DNA of 64,000 nucleotides from Eledone cirrhosa (taxonomy: Eukaryota), in NCBI GenBank assembly GCA_964016885.1, contig OZ024744.1, positions 49,166,001 to 49,230,000 of the forward strand, in the 5' to 3' direction. Both the position numbers and the translations under genes were made by a program. How positions within the stretch are numbered: position 1 is the first letter of the stretch; each line of letters starts with the position of its first letter. Below, in pieces: positions 13,879-28,150 of the stretch. The notes under the pieces are model-generated. The model was not told the DNA's origin, searched no databases, and saw only the letters and a program-made list of their open reading frames with translations.

Positions 13879-16581
13879 ATGCCTCTCACCACCACCACAA
13901 TCTTAACAAACACACAGACACAGAAAACAAGTAATGACAGTAGCACAGAAATCAGAGAAATAAGAGAAAGTAATAGGATTAAAAGGAAAAGGAGATGGGA
14001 GACTAAGGACAAAGAGAATAACCAAGACGAACACACAGACACACAAAATAGGGTAGATAACAACATTGAGCCAGTGGAAAGAGACAGGAGTAATTATGAG
14101 AGACATAGAAACAACCATAAGGCTGTTGGTGGAAATAGAAATAGAAACAACACAACTAACAATAATAATAGCACTAGTACACATAAAGCAGCAGCCTGGA
14201 ACTCTCCGTTTTATAACCCCTCCGATAAATCATTCGACCTACGACGAGTCCACGCCACGACTTTGCCATTTAACAAACGCACGCAGTTGCCGTCGCAGGT
14301 CGATGAACAAATAGAAGCACAATTTAGTATAGCTAAATCCGAACTTAGAAATATTATAGAACAGTATAGCAAGAAGCATAATAGAATAGAGGCCCAGCAA
14401 CTGGGAGAAGAATCTGCAAATGGCTTGCGTAAGCTCATGCAGCGCTCGCGTAATGGAGAGATAGCATGTTTTCCAACAGAAAAGTCTGGCAGAATGTCGG
14501 TTGACAGCCTGCCAAACTACATCCAGGCAATGCAACCCCACATCACTAACACAAGAGAGGTAACACCACAGGAGCATGAGGATAGAGAAAAAACCCTCAA
14601 TGCCCATATGGTGATGTGGACGAATATAATGCAGCCCAACAAAAGGACTGCCAACAACTTCCAGGCCTGGAACAATGACGTGCCGGCGTTGTATGGGCTT
14701 CGAAAAGACCATAAAACGGGCTGGGACCCTGTCGCGGGACCACCAACACGGCCAGTCTGTGGGGCTAACATTGCTAGTAACTACAGACTGTCCTACTTCC
14801 TCTCCCTGATCATACGCCCCATCATTGAGATGTCCCCAGATGTGTGTGACAGCACGGAGGACCTCCTCAGCAGAATCGGCGCGGGTAACCGATCTGGGGA
14901 CCTAACAAACTGCATAATAGGCAGTATGGATGTTGTGTCCCTGTATCCATCTATTGACGTGGATTTTGCTGTGGAGAAATGCGTAGAAATGATCAGCGAG
15001 AGCAAGGTTGAGTTCCGTGGGATTGATACCAGTGAGCTGGGACTTCTACTTAAGCTTACCCATAGTAATAGTTACCTAGACACTTATGACCTTAGCAACC
15101 TGTGCCCTACAAGACCAGCAAGAGGCAGACCACCTACCATTACCTCAATGGCCAAGAAAACCCACACAGATAGATGGAACGGGTGGACCAGAGCCATACG
15201 GACACCCGAAAACCACGATGAACTGAAGAAAATGATTGCACATGCGGTAGGGGCCAGCATAAAATTAACCCTTAAGGAACATATGTTCAAATTTAATGGT
15301 AAAACATATGCCCAAGAGGAAGGAGCAGCCATTGGTGTTAGCATTGCAGGCGACATAGCTAACTTATTCATGGTATGGTGGGACAGTAGACTTAAACAAA
15401 AACTTAATGAACAATTAGAAGACAGCTTAACCCTGATAATGTACTCCCGCTACGTAGATGATATAAACATCGTAGTTAAGACACCCCCACTAAAGAACAG
15501 TCAGGAACTAGAGAAAAACACAATGGAAAGCATCCAGCAAATAGCAAACTCCATCCACCAGAGGATTAGAGTTACTATAGACTACCCAAGTAGACACCCC
15601 AACCATCGATTACCTGTACTAGACACAGAGCTCTGGTTAGATACCATTAACAACCAAAAACAAATCCTCCATTCCCATTATGCCAAACCCATGACTTCCA
15701 AACATCTGATCCACCGAAACTCGGCCATTTCGGACCATACCAAAATCAACATACTGATTGCGGATTTGGTACGGGTGATGAGAAATGTGTCCCGCATGTG
15801 CAACCCCGAAGAACTAGAGAGACACATACAACACTTCATCCACCGTATGCAGTTCTCTGGCTACAATCAGAGAGATAGAATCAGAGTGTATAAAGGAGCC
15901 AGAACCAAATGGGAAAAAATGGTAAATAATGACATAAATGGGACCTGCCCCTTGTATAGGAGCAAATTTTGGAATAGAATAGAAAGAACTAGGAACAAGG
16001 CCAATAGAATAAACTCATGGTATGATAGCAATAAATACCAGAGTGTAATGTTCATCAATACAACCCCTAGAGGCAAACTAGCCTACAAATTTAGAAGGGC
16101 CCTAAATAAACATAATCTCAATATTAAGATAGTAGAAAGACCAGGTACCTCCGTAAAAACACTTATTAGCAAGACATACCCGTTCCAAAGACCCTCATGT
16201 ATAGATAAGAAATGTATAACCTGTAAAATAAGCCCCCATATTAACTGTAAAACTAGAAATGTAGTGTATAGCATAAGATGTACTGAAGGACAATGTAGAA
16301 ACAAAAATATAGTGTACATAGGTGAGACAGCTCGTAGTATAGGGGAACGAATAAATGAACACTGGCGAGACCTCCAAGATAATAAAGAATCATCTGTGCT
16401 CTACCAACATGCTAAGATAGAACACAGGGGTAGATTAGAGAGCATAGAAATAAAAATAGAATCCACACACAGAAAAGACGCAATGTCTAGGCAAATTATA
16501 GAGGCAGTAAGCATAAAAGAATTAAAACCAAAATTAAATAGAAAATATGAGTGGAACAGCAACATCACAACTTACAATTAA
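13879..16581 (+). CDS. Penelope-like retroelement ORF (RT + Cys-rich linker + GIY-YIG endonuclease), Neptune-like
   Basis: EKSG (DKG-like), MDVVSLYPSI, GAAIGVSIA, RYVDD, LPVLDT; CIDKKCITC..C linker; VVYSIRC..C..YIGET..RINEH; no internal stops over 900 aa. Confidence 0.93.
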   Translation: MPLTTTTILTNTQTQKTSNDSSTEIREIRESNRIKRKRRWETKDKENNQDEHTDTQNRVDNNIEPVERDRSNYERHRNNHKAVGGNRNRNNTTNNNNSTSTHKAAAWNSPFYNPSDKSFDLRRVHATTLPFNKRTQLPSQVDEQIEAQFSIAKSELRNIIEQYSKKHNRIEAQQLGEESANGLRKLMQRSRNGEIACFPTEKSGRMSVDSLPNYIQAMQPHITNTREVTPQEHEDREKTLNAHMVMWTNIMQPNKRTANNFQAWNNDVPALYGLRKDHKTGWDPVAGPPTRPVCGANIASNYRLSYFLSLIIRPIIEMSPDVCDSTEDLLSRIGAGNRSGDLTNCIIGSMDVVSLYPSIDVDFAVEKCVEMISESKVEFRGIDTSELGLLLKLTHSNSYLDTYDLSNLCPTRPARGRPPTITSMAKKTHTDRWNGWTRAIRTPENHDELKKMIAHAVGASIKLTLKEHMFKFNGKTYAQEEGAAIGVSIAGDIANLFMVWWDSRLKQKLNEQLEDSLTLIMYSRYVDDINIVVKTPPLKNSQELEKNTMESIQQIANSIHQRIRVTIDYPSRHPNHRLPVLDTELWLDTINNQKQILHSHYAKPMTSKHLIHRNSAISDHTKINILIADLVRVMRNVSRMCNPEELERHIQHFIHRMQFSGYNQRDRIRVYKGARTKWEKMVNNDINGTCPLYRSKFWNRIERTRNKANRINSWYDSNKYQSVMFINTTPRGKLAYKFRRALNKHNLNIKIVERPGTSVKTLISKTYPFQRPSCIDKKCITCKISPHINCKTRNVVYSIRCTEGQCRNKNIVYIGETARSIGERINEHWRDLQDNKESSVLYQHAKIEHRGRLESIEIKIESTHRKDAMSRQIIEAVSIKELKPKLNRKYEWNSNITTYN

Positions 16582-16884
16582 GGACAAAATGAAAACACAC
16601 ACAGGACAAAATGAAAACACACACACACACATAGAACAAACAACTTACAATTAAGGACAAAATGAAAACACACACAGGACAAAATGAAAACACACACACA
16701 CATAGAACAAACAACCAACCAACAATAAGTAAATAAATAAATAAACAAATAGATAAATGAACACAAACACACACAGACACCCGGATGTGGCGCATGCGCA
16801 AACTGAGCACACAACACACACACAGAAACAAAATGGCGTAGGATAGAAGAAAGGAAAGGCACAGAAACAAAGAAAGGAATCCCC

Positions 16885-16927
16885 AGTCACTGAAGAGGTC
16901 ACAGTGTGTGACGAAAGGACTATGACT
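16885..16927 (+). ncRNA. Minimal type I hammerhead ribozyme in PLE pLTR
   Basis: AGUCA-CUGAAGA-G-GUCAC agugu GUGAC-GAAA-GGAC-UA-UGACU; predicted cleavage after A16922. Confidence 0.85.
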
Positions 16928-17144
16928 ATATATAAACAACTATCTGGTTGTGGAACCAACCAACCAACCAACCAGAAATTTATAAGTTTGTAAATTTATA
17001 AATTTATAAATATATAATAAATTGAAGTGGAAAGCAACTGGTGCGTGTGTTTCTTATTGGCAACATGACCCTCCCAAAGTATAACAATATCGGTTTCAAC
17101 ACACGATTTCAGATAAAGAATCTTGCTAAACAAATTCAGAAACG

Positions 17145-17834
<690 letters not shown>

Positions 17835-18692
17835 ATAATAACTAGGAATTTATAAATAAATATAAACATGAAAAATCACAGGAGATAATTTTTACAAGCG
17901 CGTAACCACGCATGGCTAGTAGGTAACAAATAAATAAAGTTAACTAGAACTTCAAAAATAGATAGCTTTTAATGATTAATCTTCCCTGTATATATTTCAT
18001 TAAAGAAATATATTTCACCAATTAATCAGATGGTAAGTCACGGAAAGTGGATATTATTGGATTATCAACAAGGAAGAATAATATTAAGCGATCCATGTTA
18101 ACACTTCAAGTCAAAATCTGAAACTGGCCGATACCACGTGTTGATATTACACATCACAGCGGCTTCGTTTCAGTGGCGTGAAAATGTATTCGACAACTAG
18201 AAATAGCAGTCAATTCCCTTCAACAGAGTTAGCTCTACAATTAAGGAGCAGTATTTATATATCTATATCCAAAATTAAGATAGATTAAAAGAATTCAATC
18301 AGAATCGAAATTGTGGGTGTCATTCCTTAACGGAATGCGCCATATCGCCCGGAAAATAAGCTCTAGGACTTTGTAGGTACGAGCATTTTATAATAACTAG
18401 GAATTGATCAACATATATATAAATAAATATAAACATGAAAAATCACAGGAGATAATTTTTACAAGCGTGTAACCACGCATGGCTAGTAGGTAACAAATAA
18501 ATAAAGTTAACTAGAACTTCAAAAATATATACCTTTTAATGATTAATTCCTAGTTATTATTATAAAATGCTCATACCTACAAAGTCCTAGAGCTTATTTT
18601 CCGGGCGATATGGCGCAATCCGTTAAGGAATGACACCCACAATTTCGATTCTAATTGAATTCTTTTAATCTATCTTAATTTTGGATAAAGAT
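17835..18692 (-). mobile_element. Non-coding pLTR/retrozyme-like unit: partial tandem plus inversion
   Basis: 17835-17980 repeated at ~18390-18547; 18262-18403 inverted at 18546-18692; degenerate hammerhead at 17981-18037 (CUGAUUA..GAAA UAUA UA). Confidence 0.55.
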
Positions 18693-18717
18693 ATATATAT
18701 ATATATATATATACTTA

Positions 18718-19345
<628 letters not shown>

Positions 19346-19393
19346 CGTAAAATAAGAAAATTTTAAAAAATTAACTTACTTACTAAAATTTTC

Positions 19394-19474
19394 ACTCCAA
19401 CTAATTAGTTTCTGCAATGGGATAAAGACAGTTACGTAATAAACTGTCGAGAATTCATTGCGTCATCAGGGAGT
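19394..19474 (-). ncRNA. Type I hammerhead ribozyme motif with extended helix II and palindromic helix III
   Basis: ACUCC-CUGAUGA-c GCAAUG..GACAGUU/AACUGUC..CAUUGC a-GAAA-CUAAUUAG-UU-GGAGU. Confidence 0.8.
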
Positions 19475-19884
19475 CTATTCTCAGCTAAGTCTCCAGGCAA
19501 TGCGCGGACACTGGGGACTCATATAAAAATAATAATAATTCGGTAAATGGAACAGCTAGCGGGGACTGGATTCCATGTACTTAAAATCTCGCTGTCACTG
19601 GTCAAATGGCAGATTCTAAAGAATCAATCACGTGACACAGAGGCTAGTCGGTAGGAGTGGGATGGTAAGATGACAGAAGCCTACTAACACACCAAAAAAT
19701 TAGTAGTGGTTTTGGCAGGTTTGCTCGACAAATAAGTAATTTGGAGATAAATATAGAGAAATTAGTATATCTACTAACATATACGTACAGATGTACGCTA
19801 ATGCCAGCAAATACACAGGTTATGTCATAGTACCTAGGTGGTTCAATGCAGGAGGATGCAGAACAATAATATAAAAGACGGTAC

Positions 19885-20218
19885 ATTACTGGTACTTTAT
19901 TTTATCGACCCCGTAAGGATGAAAGACAAAGCTAACCGCGGCGGGATTTGAACTCAGAAAATACTATAATGATATACATTAATGCAACACGTTAACTACA
20001 TGTTACAAACTGTGAACACTTGTTCTAACGAAATAATAACAATAATTCTTTCTATTTTTGGCACAAGGCCAGCAATTACCCCAGTTTTTTATTGGTATTT
20101 TATTTTATGAAAGGCAAAGTTAACCTCGGCGGGATTTGAACTCAGAATGTAAAGGGCCTCAAATCTATGCCGTAAAGCATGTTGTCCGACGCTCTAAGAT
20201 ACTACCAATCCACCGCCT
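19885..20218 (-). mobile_element. Two pieces of SINE family 2 (Nin/Deu-like domain)
   Basis: Reverse complement of CTTTGCCTTTCATCCTTACGGGGTCGATAAAATAAAGTACCAG and box B GAGTTCAAATCC. Confidence 0.75.
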
Positions 20219-20620
20219 AATAACAACAATAATAGTTTCTTTATTTACCACAAGGGCTAACACGAAGAAAAACATTACAGATGTCACAGAACGGTACAGG
20301 ACGATACAGAGTGGATTTTGGCCGTGTAAAAAAGGTTATAAGAAGAAGATAGAAATGTGTAAAAACAAATTAAAAAAAATTCAAACAACAAAAATTCCTT
20401 AATAGGAGGAAACCTCCGAGGGTCACTCAGTTCTCAACAATAATAAACAAACTTAAACAGAAAATACAAATATAAATATTAATTTAGAAAAAATTTTGGA
20501 AAGATTTTTCCTCGTCTTTTTTTTTTGTCTTATGTTTTACCTTTTCGTGAGTTCTGTTGGTCGAAAGCAAATTTCTTTCTTTTTTGTTTCTTTCCTAAAT
20601 CTTTGTAACTTCTCCGAAAA

Positions 20621-22084
20621 TTAACCCCTCACAAACACTGCAGGTTGATAAGTATCCTTCATATCTGTGGATTCATCGATAGCAATGGAATAATACTCCA
20701 GATTATTTAAAATGCCTTCCAAGCCACTTCTGACATTTGCTGCCAGCTCTTCAATTCGCCTTGTTACTGTTCTTGCCGATAAGCTGATTGCAGAAAATAA
20801 TTCCCTTTTTTCTGGACAAACAACATCTACCTTCAACAATAATTCTTTGAAGAAATTTCCATCAGTAAAAGGTTTCATCCTTTCTGCAATTAGTTTTGAC
20901 ACCTTGTAGCTAGCACGAGTGTTTCGGTCACTTTCTTCAACTTTTCTAGTGAAAAAGGATGATTGCTTTGTTACATTATTTCTCAGCCGTGCAATTTCGT
21001 TTACTCGTGCTTTTCCAGTAAAACTGTTGTAATGATTATGATGAGTTTCATAGTGCCGTTTAATATTTGAAACTTTCTTCACGGCAATGGTTTCTTGACA
21101 AATTAAGCAAACACATTTTCCGAAGTGCTCAATGAAAAAATAGCTAAGTGTCCAGCCATTGTTAAAAGTTCGGCACTCCAAATCCACTTTTCTTTTCTTA
21201 GCTTCCATGGGCTTGTTTTTGTTCAAACAAAAAAGATTTATGGAAAAGAAAAAGAACAAAAAGTATAATAATCAGAATGAAGAAATAAGAAACAATGAAA
21301 ACAAATGTAAATGCAAATACAGTAATGCGATAAAATATGATAATTGTGAATAAATTATATAAAACAAGGTTTCTAACGACGTTGTTAGAGTAGGGTTGCC
21401 ACTTGTTTTTTTAAACCACTTTTGGCCTAATTCTAATAATAATAATTCACGCAATTTATCACAAATAATTAAATAAACGTTATTATCGAATAAAGATACC
21501 TACTGTATAGTTGTTATACCACTAGACAACAAACTCAAATGAAAATACTCTGGGGAGGAGGGAACGAAGTAATTTTTCAAAGGACAGCTTTACCTTGTGC
21601 CGGGGGGCACAGGTAAGGTCAGGCAAACGAAGACGACAATAATTCACGAGTGATTTTATTGAATGACAATATGGGTTTAAAAGCGAGTCATACGAACCGT
21701 AAGGTAGTATACCTTCCAGTCGCTGACGAAAATGCATACTTCCAGCCAACATTTGTGCTTGTTGACTGGAACAAAACCACATACATGAAATCACCAGAAA
21801 TAATAATACAGGTGATATAATGCTTGGCGGAAAGCCCAGAAAAAGATGAATAAGAGGAAATAATAATAAATGGAAAATATAATAAGGTTACAAAGGTATC
21901 TGTAAATATATACGATATGAGCAGCGATTTGTGATGGGCATCAGGTTGGCACAACCTTGAAGTGAACTACTGTATCTGTTTTCGAGACTAATTAGATAAT
22001 TAGTGTCCAGTGTAAGATGGCGGGCCGGACAAAAATCACTCAAGGGCTGGATGTGGCCCGCGGGCCGGGGGTTGCCGACCCCTG
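20621..22084 (-). mobile_element. hAT transposon (Buster/SPIN/GTF2IRD2-like), 5' half with truncated transposase at 20621-21259
   Basis: Left TIR CAGGGGTCGGCAAC at 22084; KKRKVD..F...W...CLIC...KRHYETHH BED-like region, PFTDG, SLSARTVTRR, SIAIDESTD. Confidence 0.88.
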
Positions 22085-23620
22085 ATTTATGTGATTGGAA
22101 AAGATTTATATTACTGACACCCTTCTCATTGGTTGCCCCTGTGTATCTTCTATGTATAAAGTCTTCCCTTCCTGTTAATTTGCGTATTATCACACTACAC
22201 CTCTTGTGCACCCAAATATTCATATTGTATAGAGTTTATGCCTACTATATACTTTTCTATATATTGAACAGGGCCACTTCCCTGTGGGAATCAAGGTTCT
22301 GTCTTGTATCCTACTTACTAGCACTTTAGTTTTAGCTAAGTTTGCTCTCAGCTTTTTTAATTCCAAATTCTGTTTCCATAGTCAGAACTGATTCTCTAGA
22401 TCTTTTATGGATTTAACTATAAGGACCAGATCATCTGCATAGAGAAGTTCCCATGTACAGCCAGTCTTAATCTCTTCTGTTATAGCCTGGAGAACTATGA
22501 TGAACAGTATAGGCTAAGATCTGAACATAAATGAACTACCTGTACCTTGAATCCCCCACTAAACTCATTTCCTACTCTCACTTTACTGACAGCTTCACTG
22601 TACATGGCTTGCACTGCTCACACAAGCCATTCTATTATACCTATCTGGCACCAGATAACAGTGAGGTACTCTGTCAAAGGCCTTCTCTAGATCAAAAGTT
22701 AGGTACAGTGTCCTATTCTTGGCTAGGAACTTTTCTTGTGGCTGTCACACTAGGAAGAGGGTATCTGTAGTACCTTTCCCAGGCATGAAACCAAATTGCA
22801 TCTCACCTAATTTGACTCTTTCCCTAATTAGCAGTGCTATAACTCTTTCTGTCACTTTCCTTTATAGTTGTTCCTCTCTAGGCCATCACCTTTGCTCTTG
22901 TAGCAATCATTGGGTATGACTCTGTCCTGTATTTAGAAGTTATCTCTGATGGTCTGTAGCTTTACCATTTTTCATCTCTTTATTTGCTTCTTTAACCCTA
23001 TAACTGTCAACTTCAATGGCGGGCCCTTCTGTTAGGTAAGTTAGGAGTAGTCTCTCTTCCTCCCATTCATTCTCTACATTCATCAGCCTCTCATAGTAAC
23101 ATCTCCAGGCCTCTTTCTTTTGAGCATCATTGGTTCTTAGTGCACCAGTGTCATTTCTAACACACTTTTCCCCAACATCCTGATTTACACTGACACACTA
23201 CTTTGTAATACAAAACACTTCATGCCTTCAATCCTCACATAACAAGTCATTGGCAAACTTTATTTCCTCAACCCTTTTCTGAGCTGTGTATACCTGTCTT
23301 TAGGTTCTCTGTTACCTACCTGATACTAGTCTCCATTTTCCCAGTCTTTCCATGCCTGTCTCTTTACTTTAATGGCTCTATCCACTGCACTGTTCCACCA
23401 CAAGGTCACCCTCTGTGTGGCTGGTGCCTTGCTACAGCCATAAGTCTCATCAGTAGTTCGCATAAAGTAAGAATTTCCAGTTGCCCTCTATGTCATAAGA
23501 ATCTAACTTGTCTCTCTTTTCATCAAATGAATCCTGTAGGGCCTTTCTAAACCTTTAGCTTTCAAACCTCCCGTCTCCATATTTTTCTGCATATCTTGTT
23601 CTGTCTTGTGTTTATCTTGA
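22085..23620 (-). mobile_element. Old degenerate RTE ORF2 fragment
   Basis: TLWWNSAVDRAI, MQFGFMPGK, CTWELLYADDL and WVHKRC motifs recognisable with stops and frameshifts. Confidence 0.8.
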
Positions 23621-24214
23621 TATTATAATGTTACTAATAACTAAGTTTATCTTGATATCACATTTATACTGTATAGCTTCATCTTCGTTTAACACCTGCC
23701 TTTTCTGTGAAGCAAAGGTTGGATGGGTCTACATGCGCCATGTAAGTACTGAAGTGAGGAGCTACACACCTCCTAGACAGGGCGAGGTCTGTGTGTGTGT
23801 GTGTGTGTGTGTATTTATTGGAAATAATATATACAAAATATTTCTCTATGTACATCAGATAGGAAGACGGATGCTATTTACTTTGAACAGCTGTTGCAAA
23901 GTCTTTCATTTCAAACACTGCTACCATCGCCTCCAAGTTAAATAATTCATAAGTCAAGATGCAAATACGCATAAATGGATTTTCTGTTATTCAATATGTG
24001 CCATGTCATGCCCCTGTAATTTTACCTTCATATAATGTATGCTTCTCTTTTAAACTTTTATAAGATGGGGTTTCTTAATTAAAATACTTATAATTGTTGT
24101 GAAAATTTGCAGTATTGAAATAAAGACTCTAAATTGATAAAGACTTTAAAGTGATGCAGTCATTTTTTTCTAGAAATGTTACAAATGCGAAATTTTTAAT
24201 TCACTCTTAACATT

Positions 24215-24327
24215 ATGTAATTGTCAAGAAGGCTGAGGGTGTCTTAGCATCACTCAGTAAGATCTTTGTCAGCCACTCTCCATCTATCTATTTAAAGCTG
24301 TATATAGCTATGGTGTGGCCACACTTA
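24215..24327 (+). mobile_element. CR1-like LINE fragment
   Basis: IVKKAEGVLASLSKIF...LKLYIAMVWPHL; overlaps in sequence with the 5' end of the 58770-59358 piece. Confidence 0.55.
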
Positions 24328-24518
24328 GATTTTGTCACCCAGGTAACGTGTCTACTATTTCTATAGAACCATCTGGGCAATAGAAGCAGCTAGTATCCTG
24401 TGAGCACTTGCTATTTATTGCACCTGAGCATCAGCCACATATAAAATCTACGTTCTTAGATAGCTTACCTGTGATCCCACTACATCTTTTATGTACCCAT
24501 AGTTTGCATTTGGGACAT
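24327..24518 (-). mobile_element. RTE fragment, inverted copy of 25378-25572
   Basis: Reverse-complement match with the same breakpoint at (TA)n. Confidence 0.85.
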
Positions 24519-24522
24519 ATAT

Positions 24523-25245
24523 AAGCGATGAAATACCAATGATCGTTGGAAGATCACTGATGAAGGACTAACTTTATTCATATGTAACCCATTAGCAATC
24601 CGCAGCACGTTTTTCTCATATTTACACATATTTTTTTCCCCGTTGTACACGTCTATTTCGTTCTTACTGCTTCCTCTTTCTCTGTATCTTTACCCTCTCT
24701 AGCAGTCACTCTCTCTGTTAGCCTCTTCCTCATCCTTCACTCACTCATTCTCTGTTACTACTTCTCCTCCTCCTCCTTCTTCAAGTTTTACCTGTGCGTA
24801 ATTCTTTTCTTTCGCACCCTTGGTCTGGCAAGTCGCTTTTTTCCTCTCTCTCTCGTCTACGATTTCACAGAACTTACGTTCACCGAAATCACAGACTAGA
24901 TCCCTTCTTCCTCCCGTTAGACCTGTACGGAATTCCATCCTTGCTTACATTCCAACCAGGTTTGATGGTCTTTATTCTCTCTCGTTCACGATTTCACCGA
25001 ATTTAAATTCATAGAAATTTGGGACTTGACTCCTTCTTCCTCATTTTCTGTTGCTTCACCATTTTGTTTGTTTACACTCGCGTCCCCTTTAATTACGTGT
25101 CCCAACGACTTTTTTTAGCCGTTGCTCGCACCAACCGGAGGTATATGGTCTTTAAAGCGATGAAATACCAATGATGGTTGGAAGATCACTGATGAAGGAC
25201 TAACTTTATTCATATGTAATCCATTAGCAACCCGCAGCACGTTTT

Positions 25246-25253
<8 letters not shown>
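24523..25253 (+). mobile_element. Non-coding unit bounded by 99-bp direct repeats (retrozyme/pLTR-like)
   Basis: 24523-24621 and 25155-25253, 3 mismatches, 632-bp period; each has CTGATGA and a helix-II-like stem. Confidence 0.65.
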
Positions 25254-25309
<56 letters not shown>

Positions 25310-25377
25310 CCCATGCTAGCGTGGAAGATGGACGTTAAACGAAGATGATGATGATGATGATGATATATATATATATA

Positions 25378-26880
25378 TGTCCCAAATGCAAACTATGGGT
25401 ACATAAAAGATGTAGTGGGATCACAGATAAGCTATCTAAGAACGTAGATTTTATATGTGGCTGATGCTCAGGTGCAATAAGTAGCAAGTGCTCACAGGAT
25501 ACTAGCTCCTTCTATTGCCCAGATGGTTCTATAGAAATAGTAAACACTTTCCGTTACCTGGGTGACAAAATCAACAGTGGTGGAGAGTGTTCTGAAAGTA
25601 CAGTAGCCAGAATCAGAACAGGATGGAAAAAGTTCAGAGAGCTTATACCGCTGTTGGCCACAAAAGGTTTCTTTCTAAAAATGAAAGGCAGATTGTATGA
25701 TGCCTGTGTACAGCCACCGGAAATAACATCTGTGAAATATACAGCGCCATCTACCTGTTAACTAGCTACTTCAACGTGAAACAAAAGAACCCTTAGAACC
25801 TACCAGAATAAACGCCTACACATCGACTAAACATCAAACGATTGTTCCTGTATAAATAGAGTGGTTCCTAACACTTCGCTAGTCGACTTTTGGCAGAGTC
25901 AGCTAGCGCATCGTTGTTCCTTTACTCTGCCACACTTTGTCACTCACACGCATTGCCTTGTACCTCGTATCGTCGCTTCATGTGAAAATAAATAGCTGAT
26001 CGAATTTACATCTCGCCATGCTTCGTCCTTTCAACTTGTGCTTTCGTCTGTCCATCCTCAACAGTTCTTTTAAGGGCTATATGCGACAACAGTCCTTTTA
26101 AGGGCTATCTTCAGATCTGATCAGACCGTATGCGATAAGAGTCCTTCTAAGGGCTATTCTCGGATCTGATCAGAAGTAGTGATTACACTGACTAACGACG
26201 TCGCTACACCTGTATACGAACAGCAATGTTACATGGCAGTGAGACATGGGCATTACGTGCAGAGGACCTGCGCAGACTGGAAAGGAACGAAACATGCATG
26301 CTCCGTTGGATGTGTAATAGTAATATATGCAAATGCCAAAACATAAATGAACTAAGTGAGAAATTAGGAATAAGATGGATCAGATGCTGTTTACTTGAGA
26401 GAAGACTACGTTGGTATGGTCACGTCATGCGCATGAAAGACAGCTGTATAAAAAAGTGCAGGGCGATCAAAATTGATGGAAGTTACGGAGTAGGTAGACC
26501 CAGAAAAACCTGGGACGATCTGATAAATTCCGACCTTACACACTTGCACCTCTCTAAGACAATGTCATTGGACCGAGATCTTTGGTGCCACGCAGTAATG
26601 CAGAAGACCCGCCTTGCCTATGTACAATGTGAAACCTACAGTCAGTAGGCACCTCTTAACCAAATATACACCCCAGTCCACTACCCCTACTCTATCCTCC
26701 CACCCCCACCAACACCACCCTTTCTCTGTAAAGTTGGTACCACAACAACCTGTCCAAATAAATGATATAATGAGATCGAGATCGAGATCGTGTAGGTGTC
26801 TCAGCAAAAAAAAACACAGTCCACGTTGTAATGTGGCCGTGTAGGTAACACGGTAAAAAACGATGATGATGATGATGATG
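25378..26880 (+). mobile_element. RTE LINE 3' part interrupted by a solo LTR
   Basis: RT C-terminal homology on both sides of 25707-26208; (GAT)n tail. Confidence 0.9.
25707..26208 (+). mobile_element. Solo LTR (502 bp), probably Ty3/Gypsy-type
   Basis: TGTA...TACA termini; 4-bp TSD CCTG (25703-25706, 26209-26212) splitting RTE GCCTGTATACG; TATAAATA ~25851, AATAAA ~25987. Confidence 0.85.
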
Positions 26881-27053
26881 GTATATATATATATATATAT
26901 ATAAATATTTTTATGGGCGGAGGTGGTGAGAGCAGACCTCAGATCTCTGAAGCTCACGGTAGAGATGACGAAGGACCGTGACAAGTGGAGAGATGGTGAA
27001 TAGGACCCGTCCCACCATTGCAAGCAGGGAAAAGTGGACATAAAATAATGATG

Positions 27054-28149
<1,096 letters not shown>

Positions 28150-28150
<1 letters not shown>

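Larger units (their letters stand above)
13879..17015 (+). mobile_element. Penelope-like element with 3' pLTR ending in ATTTATAAATTTATAAAT
   Basis: ORF plus 3' region shared with the copy at 41798-44000 up to the same terminus; 5' boundary uncertain. Confidence 0.88.

Noticed and set aside
13903-16377. Antisense ORFs over the PLE (and over RTE copies)
   Set aside because: Shadow frames of real ORFs; they recur only because the elements are repeated
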